A stretch of 64,000 nucleotides of DNA from Somniosus microcephalus (taxonomy: Eukaryota): the NCBI GenBank assembly GCA_052327205.1, contig CM126207.1:64728001-64792000 (forward strand), read 5' to 3'. Both the position numbers and the translations under genes were made by a program. The notes beneath the pieces were generated by a model, which searched no databases, had not been told where the DNA came from, and worked only from the letters and a program-made list of their open reading frames with translations. Of this stretch, positions 49,211 to 60,091 are shown piece by piece. Position 1 is the first letter of the stretch; every line of letters starts with the position of its first letter.

Positions 49211-50391
49211 GGGATAGATTTTAGCTCGGAGTGTGGTTCTGGTGGGAAACCAATCCAACAGATGAGTAGGAGGCCACAGCGATTTTTCCATTTAAATACC
49301 ATCAGTTCACTTTCCATCTAGAACGGGCATGAAGAAAGCACAGAATGGATGCCGGCAGGTGAAAATCGAGTAGCCCTTGGCCGCCTGCTGGCTTCTAGTT
49401 AAGTGGTGGGAAGGGGGTTTCTGGAGACTCTCGCAGGATGGAAAGGGAGAGAGTCCAGAGCCAGCAGAGGCCACATCTTTCATTGTGGAGCTCCAAGGAG
49501 CACTCCTGCTCTTCCTGGCCCCAAAAAGGAAAGATTTAGATTTACAAAAGGGCTTCACTGTCTTCAGACCAGATGCAGACCTGCTTCTGCTGAACAGAAA
49601 AACTGCGATGTCTTGCTACAATTGTACACGGCCTTGGTGAGACCACATTGTGCACAGTTTTGGTCTCCTTATCTAAGGAAATATATACTTTCCTTGGAGG
49701 CGGTGCAACAAAGGTTCACTAGATTGATTCCTGGGATAAGAGGGCTGTCCTATGATGAGAAATTGTGTAGAATGGGCCTTTACTGTCTGGCGTTTAGAAG
49801 AATGAGAGGTGATCTCATTGAAACATACAAGATTCTGAAGAGGATTGACAGGGTAGATGCTAAGAGGTTGTTTCCCCTGTCTGGAGTGTCTCGAACTAGG
49901 GGGCATAGTCTCAGGGTAAGGGGTAAGCCATTTAAGGCCGAGATGAGGAGGAATTTCTTTACTCAGAGGGTTGTGAATCTTTGGAATTCTCTGCCCAGAG
50001 GGCTGTGAATGCTGAGTTTTTGAGTATATTCAAGGCTGAGATAGATAGATTTTTGGACTGTAGGGGAATCAAGGGATATGGAGATCAGGCGGGAAAGTGG
50101 AGTTGAGGTCGATGATCAGCCATGATCTTATTGAATGGCGGAGCAGGCTCGAGGGGCCGTATAGCCTACTCCTGCTCTTATTTCTTATGTTCCCTGTAAA
50201 GGTCCCGGTTAAAAATTGCATCGGGTCCCACTGACACATTAGAATCCCAATTTGCATAAATTTAGGAGGCTCCCATCTGCTTTAGGTGAATGCCTCATCC
50301 ACCTGAAAAATCTTGCAGACAAGTAATCTGCTTCTTTTTAACTGCCCACCTGCTCGGTTTCTGACAGGTGTTCAGGGTTATAATTGACCCC
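49211..50391. mobile_element. Degraded Harbinger-type MITE interrupted by a CR1
   Basis: gggatagatttt ... taattgacccc ends around the CR1 piece. Confidence 0.4.
49607..50192 (+). mobile_element. CR1 3' fragment
   Basis: LLQLYTALVRPH...RRNFFTQRVVNLWNSLP plus CR1 tail. Confidence 0.9.
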
Positions 50392-50444
50392 ACTGAAAAT
50401 TGTGCAAGGTTTGGTGAAAGGGGTGGATTCAAGAGGCCAATTGT

Positions 50445-51550
50445 AAACATAGAAACATAGAAGATATGAGCAGGAGTAGGCCATTCGGCCCCTCAAGCCT
50501 GCTCCGCCATTTAATGAGATCATGGCTGATCATCCAAATTCAGTACCCGGTCCCTGCTTTCTCCCCATATCCATTGATCCCTTTAGCCTTAAGAAATATA
50601 TCTAACACCTTCTTGAATATATTTAATGAATTGGCCTCAACTGCCTTCTGTGGTAGAGAATTCCACAGGTTCACCACTCTCTGGGTGAAGAAATTCCTCC
50701 TCATCTCTGTCCTAAATGGCTTACCTCTTATCTTTAGACTGTGACCCCTGGTTCTAGACTCCCCCGCCATCGGGAACATCCTTCCTGCATCTAGTCTGTC
50801 TAGTCCTGTTAGAATTTTATAAGTTTCAATGAGATCCCCTCTCATTCTTCTAAACTCCAGCGAATATAAGCCCAATCGACCCAATCTCTCCTCATACGTC
50901 ATTCCTGCCTTCCCAGGTATCAGTCTGGTGAATCTTCGCTGCACTCCCTCCATGGCAAGAACATCCTTCCTCAGATAAGGCGACCAAAACTGCACACAAT
51001 ACTCAAGGTGTGGTCTCACCAAGGCCCTGTACAACTGCAGCAAGACATCCTTGCTCCTGTACTCAAATCCTCTTGCTATGAAGGCCAACATACCATTTGC
51101 CTTTTTAACCGCCTGCTGCACCTGCATGCTTACCTTCAGCGACTGGTGCACAAGGACACCCAGGTCTCGTTGCACTTCCCCTTCTCCCAATCTATTGCCG
51201 TTCAGATAATAATCTGCCTTCCTGTTTTTGCCACCAAAGTGGATAACCTTGCATTTATCCACATTATACTGCATCTGCCATGCATCTGCCCAATCACCCA
51301 ACCTGTCCAAATCATGCTGGAGTTTCTCAGCATCCTCCTCACAGCACAGATGCCCACCCAGCTTTGTGTCATCTGCAAACTTGGAGATATTACATCTAGT
51401 TCCCTCGTCTAGATTAATATATATTGTGAATAGCTGGGGTCCTAGCACCGATCCCTGCGATACCCCACTAGTCACTGCCTGCCACTCGGAGATAGACCCA
51501 TTTATTCCAATTCTTTGCTTCCTGTCTGCCAACCAATTCTCCATCCAAAC
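50445..51550 (-). mobile_element. Young CR1 3' fragment, close relative of 10034-12460, open ORF 50540-51544
   Basis: Protein is nearly identical to the C-terminal part of ORF 10689-12362; aaacat occurs at both boundaries. Confidence 0.93.
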
Positions 51551-53201
51551 ATTTTAATATTTCTCAAGGGTGAAGTTGGATTTTCTGGTAGACGGAGCAG
51601 AGACTTATACACATGTTTAATCCCCAAAAAGTGTGCCTGTGGTCATAGAGAAGGAAAAAACTAACGCTTGAAATATTTTGAAGCACTTTAACAATGCAAT
51701 ACTAAGATAAGTGCAAATGCAGAAATGTGGTCTGGAGAACACAGAATTTCAGACAAACAGAAGTCAAATTGTCTGTTTTTTTGTGCCTTGTTACTATGGT
51801 AACCAAAGCACTAAAATAATCACCAAATGGTTGCTTGAATGATGGATAGTGTAATAAATTCAAAAGACAAAGGCTAAGGATATTCGTGCATTGTCAAGAT
51901 CATTTCTTAATTCTGATGAAAACATTGGCACAATTTACAGAAAACTACAACAAAGCAAAACAGATTGTGACATGAATCAACTGAGCGGCCTGCGGGTGGC
52001 GCTGTCCAAGGGGAGTATAAATACTCGGGCACGGTCCCAGCTTGTGCAGGACATTCTTAACAGGAACTAGTGAAGGACACAACTAGACCTCCATTGTTGT
52101 AAAACAGTTGATTAAAGCTTTGTTTAACGCTTAGACCAAGTGCCTAGTAGTTTTCTTACGTCAGATTGTGTTAAAAACAATTTAACAAAACAATATTTGG
52201 GTTTTACATTAGGTATTCCCTCAACTTTGGTATCACCAGTCACTTCTGTAAGATAACTTGTGTTCCCTACGACCCAGAGTACATGTTTTACTGCCCAATA
52301 TCTAGATAAATAATAGCATGATCCAGAAACCATAACACAGAACCCTTGTTGCAGATACAGACTATTGTAATATCATATGTATCATCAGATGTATTGTATC
52401 TTTATGGAAGGCGGGCTGAAAATTAATCTATCAAGACAGGGTACAATTGCAAACCAACAAACTTGTATGGCTGGAATTATGCCGGCGCTCAGAGTGTGGG
52501 TTTGGAGGCGGGTCCGCTGTCAAAATAACAAAGATTGACAGCGGGTAGGAAACCCGCTGTCAACCCGCCTCCTCGCAAGTCTTCCAGGTGTCGGGTCGGT
52601 CAGCAGAGAATTGACCCGACACCAAGCAGTGGGGGAGACAATTGAGCACATTAACTGGTATTTTGATGCTTCCTTCCAATTTTACATCCTCCTCCATGGG
52701 TTACCCACTGCTCGGGGAACATGCCAGCTCACCCTGGTGTGAGTTGAGTCTGCTCTGATGTACCTGATAAGCTGACAGCTGCAGAAGTGGTGTAAGGATA
52801 CCATGTTGCAGATAGTCAGTTTCTGAGTGCAGAAACTGGAGCAGCGGCAGCAGTGGACCTGCGAGGGAGCAGCGGCTGTGGGAGAAAATAAAGCTCGGTG
52901 ATTTTCAGGCCCAGTCGAGCAGCGGCAGCAGTGGGAGTGGCGGACCTGCGAGGGAGCAGTGGCTGTGGGAGAAAATAAAGGTTGGTGGTTTTCAGGCTCA
53001 GTCGAGCAGCGGCAGCAGAATTTGAGAGTGACATCACAGTACAGAAAGTGACGCCGGCGTAGGGGAAGAAGCTGATTGGTGAGTAGTGGGTGAGTGCTTT
53101 TTTTTCCTTCAAATTTAAGTTTATTTCTTTTAGTTAAGGTAGTTCGGGAGAGCGAGAATCCGAGTGTTTAAATTTGAGGTAAGAGTTTTTAAATTAAACA
53201 T

Positions 53202-54156
53202 ATGACAGGGGACCTCAGTCCCGTGTGTTGCACGGCCTGCAGCATGTGGGAATTCCTGGATGCTTCTTGCAGTCAGGATGACCACATGTGCAGTAAGTGC
53301 CAACGGTTTGGCCAACTTGAGATCCGGTTTTCAGAGCTCAAGCATCAGCTGGAGGCACTGCGGTGTATCCGCGAGGCTGAGAGTTACGTGGATAGTACGT
53401 TTTTAGGCGTGGTCACCCTGCAGCTTAAGAAAGTGCAGTCAGGGAGGGAATGGGTGACCACCAGTTAGAAGAAGGGGAGCAGGCAGGTAGTCAGGAAAGC
53501 CCCAGAGTGCATCTCACTCAACAACCGTTTTTCTGTGTTGGAAAATGGTGAAAGTGACGGTTCCTCTGGGGAGTGCAGCCAGAGCCATGTTCACGGCACC
53601 GTGGGTGGCTCAGCTGCACAAGGGGGAAGGAGTAAGAGTGGAAGGGCAATAGTGGTAGGAGACTCGATAGTGAGGGGTGCAGACAGGCGTTTCTGCGGCC
53701 GCAGATGTGACTCCAGGATGGTATGTTGCCTCCCTAGTGCCAGGGTCAAGGATGTCACTGAACAGCTGCAGGGCATTCTGAAGGGGGAGGGTGAACAGTA
53801 AGAGGTCGTGGTTCACATTGGTACCAACGACATAGGTAAAAAGAGGGATGAGGTCCTGCAACAAGAATTTAGGGAGCTAGGTAGCAGATTAAAAAGGAGG
53901 ACCTCAAAGGTTGTAATCTCTGGATTACTCCCGGTGCCGCGTGCTAGTGAGTATAGGAATAGGAGGATAGAGCAGATGAATGCGTGGCTAAAGAGTTGGT
54001 GCAGGAGGGAGGGCTTTAGTTTCCTGGATCACTGGGTCTGTTTCTGCGGAAGGTGGGACATGTACAAGTTGGACGGGTTGCACCTGAACCGGAACGGCAC
54101 CAACATCCTTGCGGGGAGGTTTGCTGGTACTGTTGGGGGGGGGGGGTTTAAACTAA
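53202..54156 (+). pseudogene. CR1 ORF1: Cys zinc finger/leucine zipper plus SGNH esterase, with stops
   Basis: CTAC...CSKC; VGDSIVR; HIGTND; DGLHLN. Confidence 0.88.
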
Positions 54157-55132
54157 CTTGGCAGGGGGATGGGATACGGACTGGTGCCATAGTAGGGGGT
54201 GATGCACAGCCAAATATAGAGGAAAAAACAAGTCAGTCTGGAAGGCAGAGCAAATATGTAATGGCACAAGGGAGTATGGCAAGGCTGGATGGCATTTATT
54301 TTAATGCAAGGAGTCTTACAAGGCAGATGAATTGAAGGTGTTGATGAACACATGGGATTATGATATTGTTGCTATCACAGAGACATGGTTGAGGGAGGGG
54401 CAGGACTGGCAGCTCAATATTCCGGGGTATAGAATCTTCAAGCGAGACACAGGGGGGTGTAAAAGAGGAGGGGGTGTCGCAATATTAATCAAGGAGTCAA
54501 TTACTGCTGTAAGGAGGGATGATATCTTAGCAGGTTCCTCTAATGAGGCCATATGTGTAGAACTTAAAAACAAAAAGGGGGCAAGCACTTTGCTGGGAGT
54601 GTACTATAGGCCCCCCAAACAGTCAGGGGAAGATAGAGGAACAGATATGTAGGCAAATCTCAAAGAAGTGTAGAAATAATAGGGTAATAATAGTAGGAGA
54701 TTTCAGCTTCCCCAATAGTAACTGGGATAGTCAAGAGTGTGAAAGGCTTAGAGGGTGCGGAATCCTTAAAGTGCGTCCAGGAGAGCTTTTTCAGCCAGCA
54801 TGTAGAAAATCCTACAAGAGAGGGGCGGTATTGGACCTAATTCTAGGGAATGTAGCTGGGCAAGTGGTAGAAGTGTCAGTAGGAGAGCATTTTGGTGACA
54901 GTGACCATAATTCGGTGAGATTTAAGGTAGTCATGGAAAAGGACAACGTTGGACCGGAAATAAAGGTTCTAAATTGGGGGAAGGCCGACTTTAATATGAT
55001 AAGGCAGGATCTGGCCAAAGTGGACTGGGATCAGCTACTTGTAGGAAAATTCACATCAGAGCAGTGGGAGTCATTCAGAAAGGAAATAGAGAGAGTACAG
55101 CGCCAACATGTTCCCGTAAAGGTCAAGGGTGG

Positions 55133-55323
55133 TGTAATGTATATACCTTTAAGGGGGGAACTATGTTTTACAGCTCATGTATACTGCAGTACCGGCAGTG
55201 ACCACACCTGTATATAGCACTGAGTAGTAATCTGTACAGATCAGTTGCAGTGTGAGCCACGTTGAGTAAACACCTGTTGTGCCGTTCTCCGCAGTCTGTG
55301 TCTTATTATACACGGACGCAACA
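55133..55323 (+). repeat. 5' LTR (191 bp)
   Basis: Differs from the 3' LTR by 6 substitutions and 2 indels (1 bp and 4 bp), counted by eye. Confidence 0.95.
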
Positions 55324-55324
55324 T

Positions 55325-55335
55325 TGGCGACGAGG
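55325..55335 (+). promoter_or_regulatory. Primer-binding site TGGCGACGAGG, complementary to the 3' end of tRNA-Ser(GCT)
   Basis: 1 nt downstream of the LTR; vertebrate tRNA-Ser(GCT) ends ...CCTCGTCG-CCA (from memory of the tRNA sequence). Confidence 0.8.
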
Positions 55336-55841
55336 CAGGTTCGAACCTACCTGCAACTCTGCATCACCTCCCGGGGATTCGTTCCTGGAGATCAGTGGAT
55401 TGGAGGTCAAGGCCAGAGACTCGGGCGCGACCACGGGCAACTGCCCAGTCATCCAGCAGAGACTCAAGAATTGCGGGGGAGGCTGTCGAGAGCCAGGCTT
55501 GGCTTTCCAGTCGAGGTGGTCCAGCGAAACAGGCTGGCAACAGGTAGTGCGCAGACCCTTCCCGGACAGCGGCGGGCTAGAGCCCGACCGAGCGGCACAG
55601 CAAAGGGCCGAGCAGCGTCGACGGGGGAGAGAGAGAGAGGGCAGAGCGCACAAGGCGCAGCCGGTGTGCAGGGGCCGAGCAGCGTCAGAGAGAGGGAGAG
55701 AGAGACGCGCAGAAACCCGCGAGGCGCCGCCATTGCCACGAGGACCGCCGAGAGCGGCGTTGGCAGCAGCGGGGGAGGGGGGAAAGCGCGGGAGACGCCA
55801 TTTTAAGCCATTGGGAGATGCCATTTTAAACCACACCCAAA

Positions 55842-58800
55842 ATGCCGACGAGTGGCAGTATCACCGCATTTGACAATGAAGTCGAAGATTGGACTACATG
55901 TGTCGAACGAATAGAGGTGTACTGCAAGGCAAATGAGGTGTCAGATGACAAGAAAGCGTCGGTATTGTTAAATTTAATGGGTGCAAAGACGTATGGTTTA
56001 TTACGAAATCTAGTAACCCCAACGAAGCCAATGGAAAAGAGTTTTGAAGACATAGTAACGATACTAAAGGAACATTTAAACCCCACACCGCTGCTGATAG
56101 CAGAAAGATTCAAGTTTCACAAACGGAACCAGCATAAGGATGAAAGCAATGCTGATTATATAACAGAACTGCGCAAACTATCGAAACACTGCCAGTTTGG
56201 AGCGGGACTGGCAGATACCTTAAGGGACAAGTTTGTGTGTGGGCTTCAAAGTGAAGGAACCCAGAAACGGCTTTTATCTGAAAAGGACCTTACGCTGGAA
56301 AAGCCTTTCAGCATTGCGGTATCATATGAAGCAGCAGCACAGGGCGCTGCAGAGATACAACAGAGATCGAAAGAATATGGCACAAACAAAATGTCATATG
56401 CAACAGAGAAGTGCTATCGCTGTGGCAGAACAACACACGACCAGAATGATTGCTGGTTCAAAGACAAAGTGTGCAAACAGTGTGGAAAAGTAGGACACAT
56501 AGCACGAGTCTGCAGGTCGGGAAAGAAAACCAGCAATAAGAAACCTACCAAAGGAAAGTACAAGAAGGTACATAAGATGACGGAGAATAGTTCAGACGAA
56601 CAAAAGAGTGATAACGACTCCGAAAGCAGGGAACTGAGTTGTCTGAAACTACATAATGTGATTACAACGGAGGATCACCAAACCATTTGGGTCACTCTCA
56701 AGATAGCAGGAGTCCAGGTAAAGATGGAATTGGACACAGGATCAGCCCTAACAGTCATAAACCGACGGGACTACGAGCGGCTATTCTCACACATACCCTT
56801 GAGAGGCACAAAAATTATTTTGAAGATGTACACGCGGCAAAAAGTCTACCCCAAAGGAAAAATAAGGGTGACCGTTATATATAACGGTAAGGAAACACCG
56901 AAACTAGACCTGTATGTATTGCAAGATGGAGGACCACCATTACTGGGACGAGAATGGATCCGGAAAATACAACTGGATTGGCATTCCATACAGGCACTGA
57001 CTGTGGCTGACAAAAAGGATGACGACGTCACACCTGGGCGACTGTCAAAGATCCTAACTGACGCGAAAGAAGTGTTCCAGCAAGGACTCGGAACACTAAA
57101 AGGCATGACAGCGACGATTAAAATTGAAGAAAACGCAAGCCCAAAATTTTTTAAGGCCAGACCGGTACCTTATGCAATCCGCCCAGCCGTCGAAGCAGAG
57201 CTGGAGAGTCTGGAACGTTCAGGTGTACTGTCCAAGGCAGACTGGAGCGAGTGGGCTACACCCATCGTCCCTGTGATGAAAAAGTCGTTGAGCAGCACGC
57301 CTGGGGAACCAAGGAAGGTTCGCATCTGTGGGGGCTTTAAGGTAACAGTGAACCCGGTCCTTCACACCGTACAATATCCACTTCCGCGTATTGAAGATAT
57401 TTTCGCCTTGCTATCTGGAGGGAAATGCTTCACTAAGATTGATCTGGCCCAGGCGTATCTGCAAATGGAGGTAGAAGAAGCATCAAAAAAATACCTCACA
57501 ATCAACACCCATAAAGGTCTCTACCAATACAACCGGCTGGTATTCGGGGTAGCATCACCTCCGGCTATTTGGCAGAGGGCAATGGAACAAGTCCTGCAAG
57601 GGATCCCAGGGACCCAGTGTTATTTGGACGACATCCTGGTCACGGGCGAAAATGACAGTGATCACCTTGCCAACCTGGAGCAGGTGCTCACTAGATTGCA
57701 GGAATATGGGCTCCGAGCTAACCGCCCCAAATGCGAGTTTTTTTAGAAAACAGATCTCGTATTGTGGCCACGTTATCGATAAAGAGGGGTTACATAAGTC
57801 CCCAGAGAAGATTGAGGCAGTAGTCAAGGTTCCAGCACCGGAAAATGTGTCACAACTGAGGTCATTCCTTGGGCTGGTAAACTACTACCATAAGTTCTTG
57901 CCAAATTTGTCTACAATACTACACCCACTGATCACCCTACTGCAAACTGGGGTGCCATGGAAGTGGAGTGACGAATGTAGACGAGCTTTCCAGAAGAGCA
58001 AAACACTAATCACATCGAAAGAGGTATTGGCCCATTACAACCCGGCATTACCAATTCGGTTGGCATGTGATGCGTCACCCTACGGCATTGGAGCGGTGCT
58101 GTCGCACAAATTCTCGGACGGCTCAGAGAGGCCAATAGCCTTTGCGTCACGATCACTAACCTCAGCCGAGCGTAACTATGCCCAGATTGACAGGGAGGCC
58201 CTCAGCCTAGTGTGGGGAGTGAAAAAGTTCAATCACTATCTGCACGGGCAGAAATTCGCCTTGCTGACTGATCACCAGCCTCTTGTCTCCATTTTTAATC
58301 CAAAGAAGGGCGTTCCGGTGATGACTGCGCAACGACTACAAAGATGGTCACTTTTTCTAGGGGCGCACCACTATGAGATTGAATATAAGGGCACGAAACA
58401 GCATGGAAATGCTGATGGGCTATCACGCCTGCCACTGCCTACTGCGGAGGAAGCACCAGCAGTGGATCCTGTCGAAATATTCCATTCGACTATAGTTGAA
58501 TACCTACCGGTAACTAACGCTTGTATCGAAAAGGAAACCCGAAATGACCCGACACTGTCTCGGGTATATGATTTGACGGTGAAGGGATGGCCAGCACATG
58601 GCGACTCACTGTTGCCAGCATTCTCGACAAGGAGAGAACAGCTGTCAGTGTGCCGGGGGACCTTGATGTGTGGATCCCGAGTGGTAATTCCACCCAAGTT
58701 AAGGGATAGAGTGCTCAATGAGCTTCATGAGGGTCATCTTGGAGGGGTAAAAATGAAAAGCCTAGCCAGGGCTTATGTGTGGTGGCCAGGAATCGATAAA

Positions 58801-59847
58801 CAAATCGAGGACCTGACCAAGAGCTGCTCAGGATGCCAGAAAGTCCAAAATGCACCACCACAGGCCCCTCTATACCCATGGGAGTGGCCCTCATCTCCAT
58901 GGCAACGGGTACATATTGATTTTCCTGGTCCATTCATGGACTCAATGTTTTTAATAGCTGTGGATGCGCACTCGAAATGGCCTGAGGTCATCAAAATGTC
59001 TTCCACCACCACGGAGAAAACTATTGCAGTCCTACGGACCATTTTTGCCAGGAATGGCTTGCCAGAACAGATTTGCTCCGACAACGGACCACAGTTTGTG
59101 TCCGAAGAGTTCAGGAGGTTCTTGAAAAAGAATGGGGTAAGGCATTACACATCCACCCCGTATCATCCAGCCACAAATGGATTGGCTGAGAGGTTCGTAC
59201 AAACCTTTAAGAAGGCAATAAAGGCTATGTACAATGACAACATTCCGCTGCAGCACAAGGTGGACAATTTCCTGTTCGCCTACCGGAATGCGACACATGC
59301 AGTCACCAACCAGGCCCCAGCCATGATGTTCTTTAACCGAAGGTTAAGATCTCACCTGGATTTGCTCAGACCAAACGTACGAAGAGATGTTGAGAGTAAG
59401 CAATTCCAGCACATCCATGAGAAGCCAACAAGGAGCTTCAATGTAGGGCAACCAGTCTTGGCCCGTGACTACCGAACAGAAAAATGGCAGCCAGGAATGA
59501 TATGCACACGGCAGGGCCCACTAGTGTACACAGTGGACGTTGGGGAGAGCATCGTGAGACGCCATGCTGACCAGATCCTAGAGTCACAGGAACAAGTCAA
59601 CCCCATGCCTCGCCCATACGTACCTGGTGATGAACCCGACGTACAGGTCGCATCTACCCCAGAAACAGTAGCATCGGAAGCTGATGAACCAACCGACGAC
59701 AGGGGGCCAGAATCGCCTCCGCACCAAGAGCAAGACACTCGGGAAAGGCGCTATCCAGAAAGGATCAGGAAGCCTCCCCAAAGACTGAATATATGTATAG
59801 ACTATTTTCAGCTAATGTTGCATGTTAAAAGTGTTAATTGTAATTAG
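55842..59847 (+). CDS. Gag-Pol polyprotein (two zinc knuckles, protease, RT, RNase H, integrase) broken by one +1 frameshift in a T7 run (~57738-57744)
   Basis: CYRCGRTTHDQNDC/CKQCGKVGHIARVC; LDTGS; YLDD; DASPYG; HHCC (HEGH...CSGC); HIDF, SDNGPQF and NGLAERFV. Confidence 0.93.
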
Positions 59848-59891
59848 TTTGATATTTAATTGTTAAATGAGTGTTATGGTACTTTTAATCT

Positions 59892-59904
59892 AAAAGGGGA
59901 GGAA
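59892..59904 (+). promoter_or_regulatory. Polypurine tract
   Basis: aaaaggggaggaa immediately before the 3' LTR. Confidence 0.9.
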
Positions 59905-59905
59905 T

Positions 59906-60091
59906 TGTAATGTATATACCTTTAAGGGGGAACTATCTTTTACAGCTCATGTATACTGCACGGCAGTGACCACACCTGTATATAGTACTGAGTAGTAATC
60001 TGTACAGATCAGTGGCTGTGTGAGCCACGTTGAGTAAACACCTGTTGTACCGTTCTCCGCAGTCTGTGTCTTATTATACATGGACGCAACA
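59906..60091 (+). repeat. 3' LTR (186 bp)
   Basis: Direct repeat of 55133-55323. Confidence 0.95.

Larger units (their letters stand above)
55133..60091 (+). mobile_element. Full-length Ty3/Gypsy LTR retrotransposon (Mag-like)
   Basis: TG..CA LTRs; TSD GGTGG (55128-55132, 60092-60096); PBS, PPT and gag-pol all present. Confidence 0.97.

Noticed and set aside
55262-55873. Overlapping 175-203 aa ORFs in the Gypsy leader as an extra accessory gene
   Set aside because: GC-rich low-complexity leader that is open in several frames on both strands, with non-ATG starts and no recognisable domain.
57735-57750. Programmed ribosomal frameshift at the T-run between the two Gypsy ORFs
   Set aside because: It lies inside RT (KCEFF|RKQI), would need a +1 shift, and the heptamer is not in a -1 slippery phase. 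A homopolymer mutation or assembly error is more likely.
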